A stretch of DNA of 64,000 bases, from NCBI RefSeq assembly GCF_009914755.1, contig NC_060943.1; one strand, written 5' to 3'. Shown in pieces: positions 22,081-40,580 of this stretch; positions within the stretch are counted from its first letter, which is position 1, and every line of letters starts with the position of its first letter. The translations under genes and the position numbers were made by a program. The stretch comes from the human T2T-CHM13v2.0 reference genome, Homo sapiens. The notes under the pieces are model-generated. The model ran no database searches. It was given only the letters and a program-made list of their open reading frames with translations, and was not told the DNA's origin.

Positions 22081-22462
22081 GCATAGTAAAGCCCTCAAAT
22101 CTGGGCTCTGCTACTTTTATTTATTTATGTTATGCTACTTTTTTTTTTTTGAGATGGAGTCTTACTCTGTCTTCCAGGCTGGAGTGCAGTGGTGCGACCT
22201 CGGCTCGCTGCAACCTCCGCCTCCTGGGTTCAAGCAATTCTCTGCCTCAGCCTCCGGAGTAGCTGGGATTACAGGCGCCTGCCACCATGCCCGGCTAATT
22301 TTTTTGTATTTTTAGTAGAGACGGGGTTTCGCCGTCTTAGCCAGGCAGGTCTTGAACTCCTGACCTCGTGATCCACCCACCTCGGCCTCCCAAAGTGTTG
22401 GGATTACAGGCATGAGCCACCGCCCAGCCTATTTTCTGCTGCTTTTAAACTGTGGGACCTTA

Positions 22463-22913
<451 letters not shown>

Positions 22914-23407
22914 CTAAAGGTTAAATTAGTTAAAACATACAAAGCACTTAGAAGGTGCACACTTGTGTGTGCACACAGTAGGCGCTATGGAAGTGCCAAC
23001 AATGCCTGTTTTCGCTGGGTGAGTGCCGTTGTGGGCCCAAGGTTCCTTTTTGCCACGTCTCCCATCCCACACTGACTCAACCTCTCTCCCTTCTTCCCTC
23101 CCCGCCCCATGAGACACACTTTCCGAATCTGGGCCAGTATGTGTGTTTGTGGAGACACCGGGAGGGAGGGGGGGCTCCAGTTGCTGTCCCTCCAGTGACT
23201 TGGCCCTTCCTCCCCCAAAACAACGGCCCCCAACCCCATCCCGGTCCCTGCGTTGCCCGCAAGGAGGCTGCTTCCTCTCAGGCAGGATGGGCGCAAGCAC
23301 CAGCTCCCCGGAGGAGCATAGGGGCCCATGGGACTCCTCTTCTGTCGCCTCTTACCTGTGTGTCTTGAGTAAGTCCCCTAACTTCTCTCTCTTTTTTTTT
23401 TTTTTGA

Positions 23408-23685
<278 letters not shown>

Positions 23686-24235
23686 TAGCTAGTCCCCTAA
23701 CTTCTCTGTGCCTCAGTTTCCTCATCTGGAAAATGGGGTCAGAACAGTGCCCACCTCCTGGGGTTGTTGTGAAGAGTCACTGAGTGAGCTCTAGCTGGAG
23801 GGCATGAAGTCAGTAAATCAGGGCTAGCTCCTTGTTCTGCCAGTTAACTCTTCGTCCTCCGGGTTCCCACTCTGCCTTCCCTCCTCCTGGAAGTCCTCCT
23901 TGACCCCCAGGCTGGGGGTTGGGTCAGGCACTGGCCCTGGGCTCCCACAGCTCCCTGGATCCCTCTGCCCACCCTGGGCTGACCACTCAGGGGCCAGGTC
24001 TGTGTCCCCAGTGGGCTGAGAGATGTAAGGACAAAGCTGAAACTGCCTCAGCCTCCACACACACAGCAGGGACCACAGAGGGTGCTTCCCAGTGGGTGAC
24101 ATCACCATGACTTGCTGAGTGCTTACCGTACATCCAGCACTGTTTTTTAAAAAACAGTTTCATTGAGGATTAACGTACACGCCATAAAAACTCAACCATT
24201 ATGGCCGGGCTCAGTGGCTCATGCCTGTAATCTCA

Positions 24236-24573
<338 letters not shown>

Positions 24574-24874
24574 TCACTGCAGCCTCCAACTGCTGGGCTC
24601 AAGTGATCCTCTTGCTTCCTCCTCCTGAGTAGCTGAGACTACAGATGCATGCCAACATGTGTGGATAATTTTTTATTTTATTTTTTTCTGTAGAGACAGG
24701 GTCTTGTCATCTTGCCCAGGCTGGTCTCAAACTCCCAGGCTCAAGCGATCCTCCTGCCTCTACCTCCCAAAGTGCTGGGATTACAGGTGTGAGCCACTCT
24801 GTCTGGCCACTTCCATCATTTTTAAATGTACAGTTCAATGCCAGGCATTATTTTAAGCTCTTTATATATATTAG

Positions 24875-25027
<153 letters not shown>

Positions 25028-25566
25028 TGAATATGTGGGACCATAGGCATGAGCCACCAACACCGGGCTAATTTTTTTGTATTTTTAGGGCTAGGCTGGT
25101 CTTGAACTCCTGGCCTCAATTGATCTGCCCACTTCAGCCTCCCAAAGTGCTGGGATTACAGGTTTGAGCCATCACACCTGGCTTCACAACAGTCCTATGA
25201 TTTGCATTTTACAGAAAAGAAAACACAAGTTCAGAGAGGTTAAGCTACTTGCCTAAGGTCACACAGTGGATGGGGGCAGAGGAGGGACTCAACTCCAGGT
25301 CTTCCAGACAGCTAAGTCAGGGGGTCTCAATCGCTTCTCTCTGCTCTCCTCAGCATTGCTTGTTGGTGAATAAATGAGTGAAGAAGCAAAGGTGAGAATG
25401 AGTGGATGAAGGAGTGAATGAGGAAATGAATGGTGAAAGGAATGAATGAATGAGCATGGGAACCCATGGCTGGGATGGGTGCTTCATAAGAGCAAGAATC
25501 TTGTCTGTGTGTTCTCTGCGGTATCCCAGGCTCCCAGGACAGGGCTTGGCACACATGAGACTCTCA

Positions 25567-26010
<444 letters not shown>

Positions 26011-26628
26011 CTATATGTACATACCGACGCACACCTGTAATAACTGCTTAATGAATGAGCAAATGAAAAAATGGAGGCCGTGAGGCTGGGCGCGGTGGCC
26101 CACGCCTGTAATCCCAACATTTTGGAGGCTGAGGCAGGAGGATCAGTTGAGCTCAGGAGTTTGAGACTAGCCTGGCAGCCCGGGTAACATAGTGAGATCC
26201 CATCTCTACTCAAAAAAAAAAAAAAAAAAAAAAAAATTAGCCAGGTGTGGTGACGCGCGCCTGCAGTCCCAGCTACTAGGGAGGCTGAGGTGGGAGGATC
26301 ACCTGAGCTCCGGGAAGCAGAGGTTGCAGGGAGGCGTGATCCCGCCATTGTGCTCGAGCAAAGGAAAAGGGGGATGATTGCCCCCTGTAGCCAGATGGCT
26401 TGAGGGGCTGGGGCCAGAGCGAGGGGGGAAATTCTGGGCACTGGAGAGCCAGAGCAGTAGTGCCCACTGAGGGCCTTGGCTATTTTGCCCAGACAGGATT
26501 TGGACAGCCAACAACGTGAACATCTTTACAGTCCAATATGCAAGAGAATGGGATACTACTGAGAATGGCTGGAGGGTGGGGGTCTGATTTCTGCCCCTTG
26601 CGCCCCTGTCTCTCCACTCCCACTCCAG

Positions 26629-27041
26629 GCTACGACTTCCCGGCCGTGCTGCGCTGGTTCGCGGAGCGCGTGGACCTCATCATCCTGCTCTTTGATGCGC
26701 ACAAGCTGGAGATCTCGGACGAGTTCTCAGAGGCCATCGGCGCGTTGCGGGGCCATGAGGACAAGATCCGCGTGGTGCTCAACAAGGCCGACATGGTGGA
26801 GACGCAGCAGCTGATGCGCGTCTACGGCGCGCTCATGTGGGCGCTGGGCAAGGTGGTGGGCACGCCCGAGGTGCTGCGCGTCTACATCGGCTCCTTCTGG
26901 TCCCAGCCCCTCCTCGTGCCCGACAACCGGCGCCTCTTCGAGCTGGAGGAGCAGGACCTCTTCCGCGACATCCAGGGCCTGCCCCGGCACGCAGCCTTGC
27001 GCAAGCTCAACGACCTGGTGAAGAGGGCCCGGCTGGTGCGA
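26629..27041 (+). CDS. EHD2: EHD2 exon 4 (NKAD G4 motif)
   Basis: ccag|GC TAC ... GTG CGA|gtgagt; 413 nt. Confidence 0.97.
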
Positions 27042-27269
27042 GTGAGTAGTCCTGAGGGCTGGGCGCGCATTCTTGGAGGAGGTTTCCTCGGTCCTCTCCT
27101 ACCAGTGCTGTGAGTCCCTGACTTATCAGGGCCCAGGTTAGTTAGTTCTCTTGAAGTTGGGTCATTCTGGCACAGAGTGAAGCCGGGAGGAAGAACTGTA
27201 TGGAGAGACTCATTCCTCTGCCTTTGGATTTCTGTGTCAACTCCGTGTCACCCTGGCTTCTCTGTCCTG

Positions 27270-27505
27270 GTATTTCTATTTCTTCTTCCTCTTCCTCCTC
27301 CTCCTCCTTCTCTTCTTCTTCTTCCTCTTTTTCTTCTTTCTTCTCTCTTTCCTCCTCCTCCTCTTCTCCCTCCTCCTCCTCCTTCTTCTCTTTCTTCCTC
27401 CCCTTCCTCCTTCCTTCCTTCCTTCCTCTGTTCCTCTCTCCCTTCCTCCCTCCTCCCTTCCTCCTTCCTTACATCCTCTTTCGTTCCCTCTTCTTCCTTC
27501 TTTTT
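27270..27505 (+). repeat. Polypyrimidine (CTT/CCT)n low-complexity tract, an expanded Alu tail
   Basis: Seen directly; abuts a minus-strand Alu. Confidence 0.85.
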
Positions 27506-27627
27506 TAAGAGATGGAGTCTCGCTCTCTTGCCCTGGCTGGAATGCAATGATGCAATCACAGCTCACCACAGCCTTGAACTCCTGGGCTCAAGTGATCCTT
27601 CCTCCTTAGCCTGCCCCAAGTAGCTGA

Positions 27628-27789
<162 letters not shown>

Positions 27790-27810
27790 TGAACTTCCTA
27801 TAAAATATAG

Positions 27811-28110
<300 letters not shown>

Positions 28111-28334
28111 TAGTTGGTCAGGCTGGTCTTGAACTCTCAACCTCAGGTGATCCGCTCTCCTTGGCCTCCCAAAGTGCTGGGATTATAGGCGTGAGCCACC
28201 GCGCCAGGCCCACAAGTATTTCTGGAATGCTTTCTGTACACATGGTGCTGGGGCTGGGGATGGAGGGAACAGACAAGGTTCCAGCCCTCCTGGGGCTCAT
28301 CTTTTTTTAAATTTAATTAATTAATTTATTTATA

Positions 28335-28563
28335 AGCTAGTCAAATTTAGCAGTGGGGGTGGGGAGTTGCATGCCAACTTTACTGACACTAATAAGTTCT
28401 GATAACCAAGGCCAGGTGCGGTGGCTCACGCCTGTAATCCCAACACTTTTGGAGGATTGCTTGAGCCCAGGCATTGAAGACCAGCTTGGGCAACATAGTG
28501 AGACACCATTTCTATTAAAAAAAAAAAAAAAAGTTCTGATAACCCACTACCATTGGACCAGCC
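28335..28563 (-). pseudogene. Y4 RNA (RNY4) retro-pseudogene interrupted by an Alu monomer (~28410-28530)
   Basis: Reverse complement reads GGCTGGTCCAATGGTAGTGGGTTATCAGAACTT...TTAGTGTCAGTAAAGTTGG...CCCCCACTGCTAAATTTGACTAGCT, matching hY4. It has an A-rich tail and a TSD (ggggctcatctttt / ggggcttatctttt). The Alu TSD is aagttctgataacc. Confidence 0.9.
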
Positions 28564-28644
28564 CCGGGGCTTATCTTTTGATGGAGGGAGACAGAATAAG
28601 TAAACAGACATAAAATAACAATGAAGGCTGGGTGCGGTGGCTCA

Positions 28645-28938
<294 letters not shown>

Positions 28939-29241
28939 TTATTACATCTTAGGCGCTTCACAGCACCCGTCTCCCATGACTCTTGTTTGATTGTGGCCAC
29001 AGATTGTCCCCTTCTCTCACTCCTTTCCTCTGTCCTCATCTCCCATTCCCTTCCCAGCGTCCCCTGCACTTCACGCTGGTGGCCTCAGTCCTGTGCACTT
29101 GCTGCTCCCTCTTCCTGGAAACCTCTTCTGCTTTCTTCCCCCTCCCACCTGGCCATCCACAAGGCTCACTCCCTCCTCACCCCTTTCAAGACTCTGCTCA
29201 AATGCTTCCTTCTCAGGAAGGCTGTCCATGCCCTCCTTTGA

Positions 29242-29699
<458 letters not shown>

Positions 29700-30993
29700 T
29701 GAATTCCTTCACTGATTTATCCCCAGTGCCCGGAACAGAATTGGTGCTCTGTAAATATTTATTGAATGAATGACATTGAACAAACAGTTGCATTGAACAA
29801 AATCTTCTCTATGCCTGGCCTGGTGTTGGGTGGTGCAGGAGACACAACAGTGACCACGATGGTTCCAGTCCTGTCCTGCTGGGGCTCCCAGTCCTAAATA
29901 ATGAAGGCAGTTCCAGGGCTCAGTCCTCACTGGGGCTCCTGGAGAGGAGACAGATCCATCCCCAGGCACCGATGACCCAGTGTGGTCAGAGCTGGGGCGG
30001 GGTAGCTGGGGCAGGCAGAGAGGGCTTCTTTGGAGGAGAGGGCATCTGAGGGGAAATGTCAGTGTTGAACCCAGTGTAGACAGTGTGCTAACTCAATTAG
30101 AGGCTGAGGATGTGGCTGAGATCAGAGGTGGTGTGGGCTGTGTCCGGGAATCTGTGCTTTGTCCCTAGGGCACTGGGGAGCCATGAAAAAGTTCGGAGCA
30201 GGGAAAGGAGATAATTAGACTCAAGCTACCTTTTGGAGGGTGGATTCAAGGCAGGAGAGTCTAGGAGCCTGGAGACCAGGCAAAAGGCTTGGAGGTTCCT
30301 GGATCAGGACAGGCCTTGGGGAGGGAGAGGAGAAAGGAGAGCGCGGGTTTCAGAGCGATTTTGGATGTCAGATGGAACTTTCTCAGGGGGAGGCTGCCAG
30401 GGTGGAGGCGGGGCAGGAAGCTGGGCAGGCAGGGAGGCCAAGAAGGTTCTAGGGGGTGGAGGAGCCTGAGGTGTTGGTTTAAGGAGCAGCGAGAGTGGGT
30501 GAGTCAGAGCCCCCACCCCCACCCCAGGAATCCTCCTTCGGAGGGAGCGGCCCACTGTGGACCAGGCTGCCACTCCTGGAACCTTCGGAATTCACCTTGC
30601 GCTCCTCTGCCCAGGCGGCTCTGCAGTGTCTCTCTCTCTCTTTTTCTGTCTCTATGTCAGTCTCCTTTCTACCTCTCTCTCAGTCTCTTTCTTCTCCATT
30701 TTTACTTTTTCTTTTATTCTAACTCCCTTTCCTTTTCTTTCTCGCTCTGCCTCCTCCTGTCTCTCCATCTCTCCCCCGCTCCGCCGCCGCCCTCTCTCTG
30801 TCTTCCTCCTGGTCTTGCTTAGACTCCCCCAGGTTCGTTCCCGCGGGTCCCTTGGCGGGAGCTGGAGCACAAGGCCCAGGGACAGAGGGGTGGGTCCGGG
30901 CCAGACACCTGGTGCCCCCGCCGGGCTGGGGGCGGCTCCGGAAACCCAGACAAACCCCGGAGTCAGGGACCCAGCCCCGGCCCAGCCCGCCCT

Positions 30994-31172
30994 CTCACCT
31001 TATCTCTTCCTGGCACCTTCCCCTGCTTCCTCTCTGGAAAAGCCATCAGCGCCCTCCCGCCTACCCTCCTTTGGTCCCTACGGAGCCGCCCTTCGGCCCT
31101 GCCCCCTGGCTCCATTGGCCCGCTCTCACAGGCCCCGCCCCCAGCCCGGCCACACCCCTGCCCTGATTGGTC
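30994..31172 (-). promoter_or_regulatory. Candidate intronic antisense promoter: CCAAT-KLF-GC box-CCAAT followed by a splice donor
   Basis: Minus strand: GACCAATCAG (31163-31172), GGGGTGTGG, GGGGCGGGG (31133-31141), GGCCAATGG (31112-31120), then AAG|GTGAGA at 30999/30998. Confidence 0.55.
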
Positions 31173-32568
31173 CTTCAGACCATTAGGCACTCCCTCCCCC
31201 TCTTCCTGCAGGTTCATCCATGGCTCCCCAGTGCCGTTCAGGACACAGGAGCATGGGATTTAGGGTCCGCTGTGACCAAGGCTCACTGCCCCTCCTTTGC
31301 CCCGTGTCGCACCCCCACCCCTGCTCCTCACATATGAGTCCGCCACACTTGGTCGTCACCAACAATAGCCATACTGTTAACCTCCCCTCATGCTCTCCTC
31401 CAAAGATACCAGGCCTTCCTGGACTCTCTGGGAGGAGGCATTCACCCTCCTCCCAGTGCCTCAGTTTCCCATCTGTACGATGGAGGGTGTGGACGAATCC
31501 TCTGGCTCTAAGTCCTTTGGCTGAAGTGATAGCTGTTAGAAGGGGAGATTTTATGATGCTGTGATACGTAAGGCCAAGATCTTGGGAGGGTCTGATTCTA
31601 TAGACGCCAAGATGCCCTGAACCTTCAGACCACATTCTCTGCAGTGGCCCAGTGACATTCATTCAGCAGTTGCCGATCGCATGTGGTACTCCTCTAGGCT
31701 CTGGGGATACAGCAGGGAACACAGATAAATTCCTTTTCTCATAGAATTACTTTTTAGTGGGGAAGCAAACATTAAACAAATCAATGGTTATGAAGAAAAA
31801 TGAAGCGGAGGAAAGAGGGGCTGGCGAGGGACTATTTTAGAGCGCTCTGAAGGAGAGGAAGGGGTAAGAGGAAGGGGTGAGCCGAGTGGCGATCGGGTGG
31901 AAGAGCAGTCCATGCAGTGAGAACAGCATGTGCAAAGGCCCTGGGGCAGCCATGCACTTGATGTGTTTGAACTGAGAGCCTAACGGGGCTGGAGACAGGG
32001 TGGTGGTGGAAGGTGGAAGAGATGAAGATTTAGAACCAGTCAGGGACCACCAACGTTCTCAGCAGTCTAAATTTGTGATTCTTTAAAAAAAAAAAAAATA
32101 TATATATATATATATACATATATATATAATTTTTTTTTTTTAGATGGAGTCTCTCTCTATCACCCAGGCTGGAGAGCAGTGGCATGATCTCGGCTCACTG
32201 CAACCTCTGCCTCCCAGGTTAAAGTGATTCTTGTGCCTCAGCTTTCCGAGTAGCTGGGACTCCAGGCAGGTGCCACCACACCTGGCTAATTTTTGTATTT
32301 TTAGTAGAGATGGGTTCTCACCATGTTGGCCAGGCTGGTCTCGAACTCCTGACCTCAGGTGATCCGCTGGCCTCGGCCTCCCGAAGTGTTGGGATTACAG
32401 GCATGAGCCACTGTGCCTGGCCTAAAAGAATTTTTTAACTAGTCTTTTTTATTGAACATTTAAGACCATCTCATGGAAAGGCATTCATACTTTATCAGAC
32501 ATGATTCTCCCACACCTCACCCCACCAGCTCCCAGGGCCTCTTTTCTAGAGGCAACCCCCATAAGTAG

Positions 32569-32805
<237 letters not shown>

Positions 32806-32960
32806 TAGCCAGGATGGTCTCGATCTCCTGACCTCATGATCCGCCTGCCTCTGCCTCCCAAAGTGCTGGGATTACAGGCGTGATATACTGTAATCACGCC
32901 CGGCCAATATACTGCATTTTGTAAAAGCATTTATTTATTATTATTTTGTTTTGAGACTGA

Positions 32961-33095
<135 letters not shown>

Positions 33096-33405
33096 TAATT
33101 TTTGTATTTTTAGTAGAGATAGCATTTCACCATGTTGTCCAGGCTGGTCTCTAACTCCTGACCTCAGGTGATCGACCCGCTTCAGCCTCCCAAAGTGCTG
33201 GGATTACAGGCGTGAGCCACCGCGCCTGGCCTATTTATTCATTTTTTTAGAGACAAAGGCTCGCTGTGTCGCCCAGACTGGAGTGCAGTGGCGACATCAT
33301 AGCTCACTTCAGTCTCAAACCTCTGGGCTCAAGTGATCCTCCCTCCTCAGCCCCGGCAATTCACTGGGACTATAGGCGCGCGCCAGTACACCCAACTAGT
33401 TTTAA

Positions 33406-33525
<120 letters not shown>

Positions 33526-33604
33526 TAATTTGTGAGCTTCCTATAAAATATAGACATACCAATATTCATTATTCTGCTCTCCTTGTTTATTTTTCGATAA
33601 TTTA

Positions 33605-33934
<330 letters not shown>

Positions 33935-33980
33935 TCAAAGGTTCTCAAGTTCATTGGTTTATTCCACAAATATTTCCTGA

Positions 33981-34172
<192 letters not shown>

Positions 34173-34229
34173 TGAGAAGAGAAGATTAATAAATCAAGAC
34201 ATTAGGCCAGGCGCGGTGGTTCATGCCTA

Positions 34230-34776
<547 letters not shown>

Positions 34777-34798
34777 TCAATAAGCAAATAGAGAGTTA

Positions 34799-35143
<345 letters not shown>

Positions 35144-35280
35144 CTAAAAAAAGCAAAAAAGAAAAGGAAAGTAGGGGAGAGAGGGAGAGACATAGGAGGA
35201 GGCAAAAGGGACTCATTGATAGGTTGGATGTGGCTACTTAACAGGAGGAAGAATCAAATATCAAATCAATAATGATTTCA

Positions 35281-35607
<327 letters not shown>

Positions 35608-36229
35608 TCATCCCAGCACTTTGGGAGGCCGAGGCGGGTGGATCTCTTGAGGTCAGGGGTTCGAGACCAGTCTGGCCAACATGGTGAAAGCCAGTCTCTA
35701 CTAAACATACAAAAATTGACCAGGCATGGTGGCACGTGCCTGTAATCCCAGCTACTCGGGAGGCCAGGGCAGGAGGATTGCTTGAACCCGGAGGTGGAGG
35801 TTGCAGTGAGACAAGGTTGCGCCACTGTCCTCCAGCCTGGGTGACAGAGTGAGTGAGACTCCGTCTCAAAATAAATAAATAAATAAAAATAAAATTTCTA
35901 GATTTCTGGCCTCAACTGGGAAGGCAGGGCTGGGGATGCCCTTTTCAGAGATGGGCACAGCTGAGGGCGACACAGCTCTGAGGGCTAGGCTCAAATTCCA
36001 CTTAGGGCATCCTGGTATGGAGCTATCCAGGAATGTTGACAGGGCAATTAGCTCTGAGTCCTGAGCTGGAGGGAGAGGCTTAGGCTGGTATGCAGATTCG
36101 GGAGTGGACCTCTTGGAGGGGTGTTTAAAACTGGGAGGGACTCAGCTCACTTAGTTAGCAGAGAGGAGGAGCCCAGGGTGAGCCCCAGCAGGAGGAGGCC
36201 ATGAGGCTCACAGTGTGGCACCTCCGCCT

Positions 36230-37172
36230 GCAGCACCTGTAACTTGTCAGAAATGCAAATTCCCATCTGGGCAGTGGCTCTTGCCTGTAATCCCAGCTAC
36301 TTGAGAGGCTGAGGCGGGAGGATCCCTTGAGCCCAGGAATTTGAGGCTGCAGTAAGTTATGATCGCACCACTGCACTCCTGGCTGGGTGATAGAGCGAGA
36401 CCCTGTCTCCAAAAAAAAAAGAAAAAAAAGCAGGCCAGGCGCGGTGGCTCATGCCTGTAATCCCAGCACTTTGGGAGGCCACGGCGGGTGGATCACCTGA
36501 GATTAGGAGTTCAAGACCAGCCTGGCCAACATGGAGAAACCCCGTTTCTATTAAAAATACAAAAAAATTAGCCGGGTGTGGTGGCGCATGCCTGTTAATC
36601 CCAACTACTTGGGAGGCTGAGGCAGAAGAATTGCTTGAACCCAGGAGTTGGAGGTTGCAGCGAGCTGATTGCACCACTGCACTCCAGCCTGGGCAACAGA
36701 GCGAGACTCTGTCTCGAAAAAAAAAAAGACTGGGCACGGTGGCTCACACCTGTAATCCCAGCACTTTGGGAGGCCAAGGTGGGCAGATCACGAGGTCAGG
36801 AGTTTGAGACCAGCCTGACCAGCATGGTGAAACCCCATCTTTACTAAAAATACAAAAATTAGCTGGGCATAGTGGCGCATGCCTGTAATCCCAGCTACTC
36901 AGGAGCCTGAGACAGGAGAATTGCTTGAAGCCGGGAGGCGGAGGTTGCAGTGAGCCGAGATTGTGCTACTGCACTCCAGCCTCGGTGACAGAGCGAGACT
37001 CCGTCTCAAAGAAAAAAAAAGAGAGAGAGAGAGAGAAAAAGAAATAAAAGAAATACAAATTCTCATGCCCCAGCCCAGACCAAGTAAATCAGAATCTCTG
37101 GGAGTGGGGCCTGCAGCCTGTGTTTTAACAAGCTCCCTGGTGGACCCTGATGCAGGCTGAGGTGAGAACCCT
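36230..37172. mobile_element. MER5A hAT DNA transposon split by three tandem Alus and ending just before the exon 5 acceptor
   Basis: 'agaaatgcaaattc...ccccagcccagacc...aatcagaatctctggg.gtggggcc...tgttttaacaagc...tgagaacc' matches the MER5A consensus. Confidence 0.8.
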
Positions 37173-37180
37173 TCCCACAG

Positions 37181-37345
37181 GTTCACGCTTACATCATCAG
37201 CTACCTGAAGAAGGAGATGCCCTCTGTGTTTGGGAAGGAGAACAAGAAGAAGCAGCTGATCCTCAAACTGCCCGTCATCTTTGCGAAGATTCAGCTGGAA
37301 CATCACATCTCCCCTGGGGACTTTCCTGATTGCCAGAAAATGCAG
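37181..37345 (+). CDS. EHD2: EHD2 exon 5 (helical-domain membrane-binding tip F322/K324/K327-K329; LKKE)
   Basis: cacag|GTT CAC ... ATG CAG|gtggga; 165 nt. Missed by the ORF track. Confidence 0.96.
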
Positions 37346-38176
37346 GTGGGAAGCTGCCCAGGAGGGAATGTTGGGGGTGGGTGATGGGAAGGTTGGTTTC
37401 TGGAAGCTCTGAGATGGGACCTCAAAAGCCAGAGGGATGGATGGCAGGTTCTGGAAAGCGCCTCCCTCAAATAGTTCCGTGGGAGCATGGTTTTATGAGT
37501 CAGGCTAGGGGAGTGAAGAGAAAACCCAAAATAACAGTGGCTAAATTAAGATAGAGAGTTTTTCTTTCTTTCCTCCATAAAAAGTCCCAGAAAGTGATCC
37601 AGGACTGGTTTGGTGCTTTACAGAGCCAGGGATCTAGTCCCCTTCTGTCTTATTTCTCTTCCATGCCTGGCCTCCAGGCCCAAGGAACTTCATGGTACAA
37701 AAGGGCTGTGAAGGCTCCAGCCATTGTGTCTGCGTTCCAGCCAGCAAGAAGTTGGGAAGGGGGCCAGGCATGGTGGCTCACGCCTGTAATCCCAGCACTT
37801 TGGGAGGCCGAGGCGGGCGGATCACGAGGTCAGCAGATCAAGACCATCCTGGCTAACACGGTGAAACCCCGTCTCTACTAAAAATACAAAAAATTAGCTG
37901 GGTGTGGTGGTGGGCGCCTGTAGTCCCAGCTACTCGGGAGGCTGAGGCAGGAGAATGGTGTGAACCCGGGAGGCGGAGCTTGCACTGAGCCAAGATAGCG
38001 CCACTTTACTCCGGCCTAGGCAAAAAGAGCGAGACTCCGTCTCAAAAAAAAAAAAAAAAAGAAAAGGAAGTTGGGAAGGGGAAGAAAAGAGTAGTCTCTT
38101 TAAGAACACTGTTTATTTTATTTTCATTTATTTATTTGAGACTTAAATATTTATATTTGTAAAATATAAATATTTA

Positions 38177-38509
<333 letters not shown>

Positions 38510-38593
38510 TTATTTATATATTTTTTAGAGATTTATTTATATATTTTTCAGAGACTCTGTTGTCCAGGCTGGAGTGCAATGGGGTGATCATAG

Positions 38594-38988
<395 letters not shown>

Positions 38989-39106
38989 TGACCAAGAACA
39001 CTTTCTAGAACAGAGCTGTCCAGCAGTACGTTCTACAATGATGGAAATGTTTCATTCTGCACTGTCCAGTATGGTAGCCACTAGCCACATTCAAATGGAA
39101 TGTTAA

Positions 39107-39429
<323 letters not shown>

Positions 39430-40085
39430 TAATGTAAATAAGCACATGTGGCTAGTGGCTGCCATACTGGACAGGCTAACAGTAGAAGCTGCACATGCAA
39501 CCTGTGCTTGCCTCAGTGGACTTGAACTTAGTCATACTCTGGCTGCCAGGGAATCCAGGTTGCAACCTAGGATCCCCAACCCTTCAGAGTCGTGATCAGC
39601 TGGCCTCTCTGCCTTGGCTCAGGAAATTCACATAGGGCTGTGAAAGGAATCCATTTTCGCAGAGACTGTCCTGGTGCAGTCTGGGCCACTTAGAGTAGCC
39701 CGTGTGAGAAGCAGTGTGACGCCAAGTCCACCCCTACACCCCAAAGTGACTTCTTCGGTGGGGAGGGGGTGGTCCCAGGAACCCCTGATGATCTGATCAT
39801 CTCAAATCTCACCTCCAAATTTGGCAGCCAGCCACTCAGTCCTTTCTGTGTGGTGTGGTAGCACTGTGACAGGAATTAAGCTTTCTTAACTTTCTTTTTT
39901 CTCTCCCCCCCTGCACACTTTTTTGTTTTGAGACAGGGTCTTGCTCTGTCACCCAGGCTGGAGTACAGTGTGGTGCTATCTTCGCTCACTGCAACCTCTG
40001 TCTCCTGGGGTTCAAGAGATTCTGTCTCAGCCTCCCAAAGTAGTTGGGACTGCAGGCGTGCACCACCACACCTGGCTAATTTTTA

Positions 40086-40580
<495 letters not shown>

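Noticed and set aside
27177-27623. Poly-Ser/Pro and poly-Arg/Glu ORFs
   Set aside because: Translations of a (CTT/CCT)n low-complexity Alu tail.
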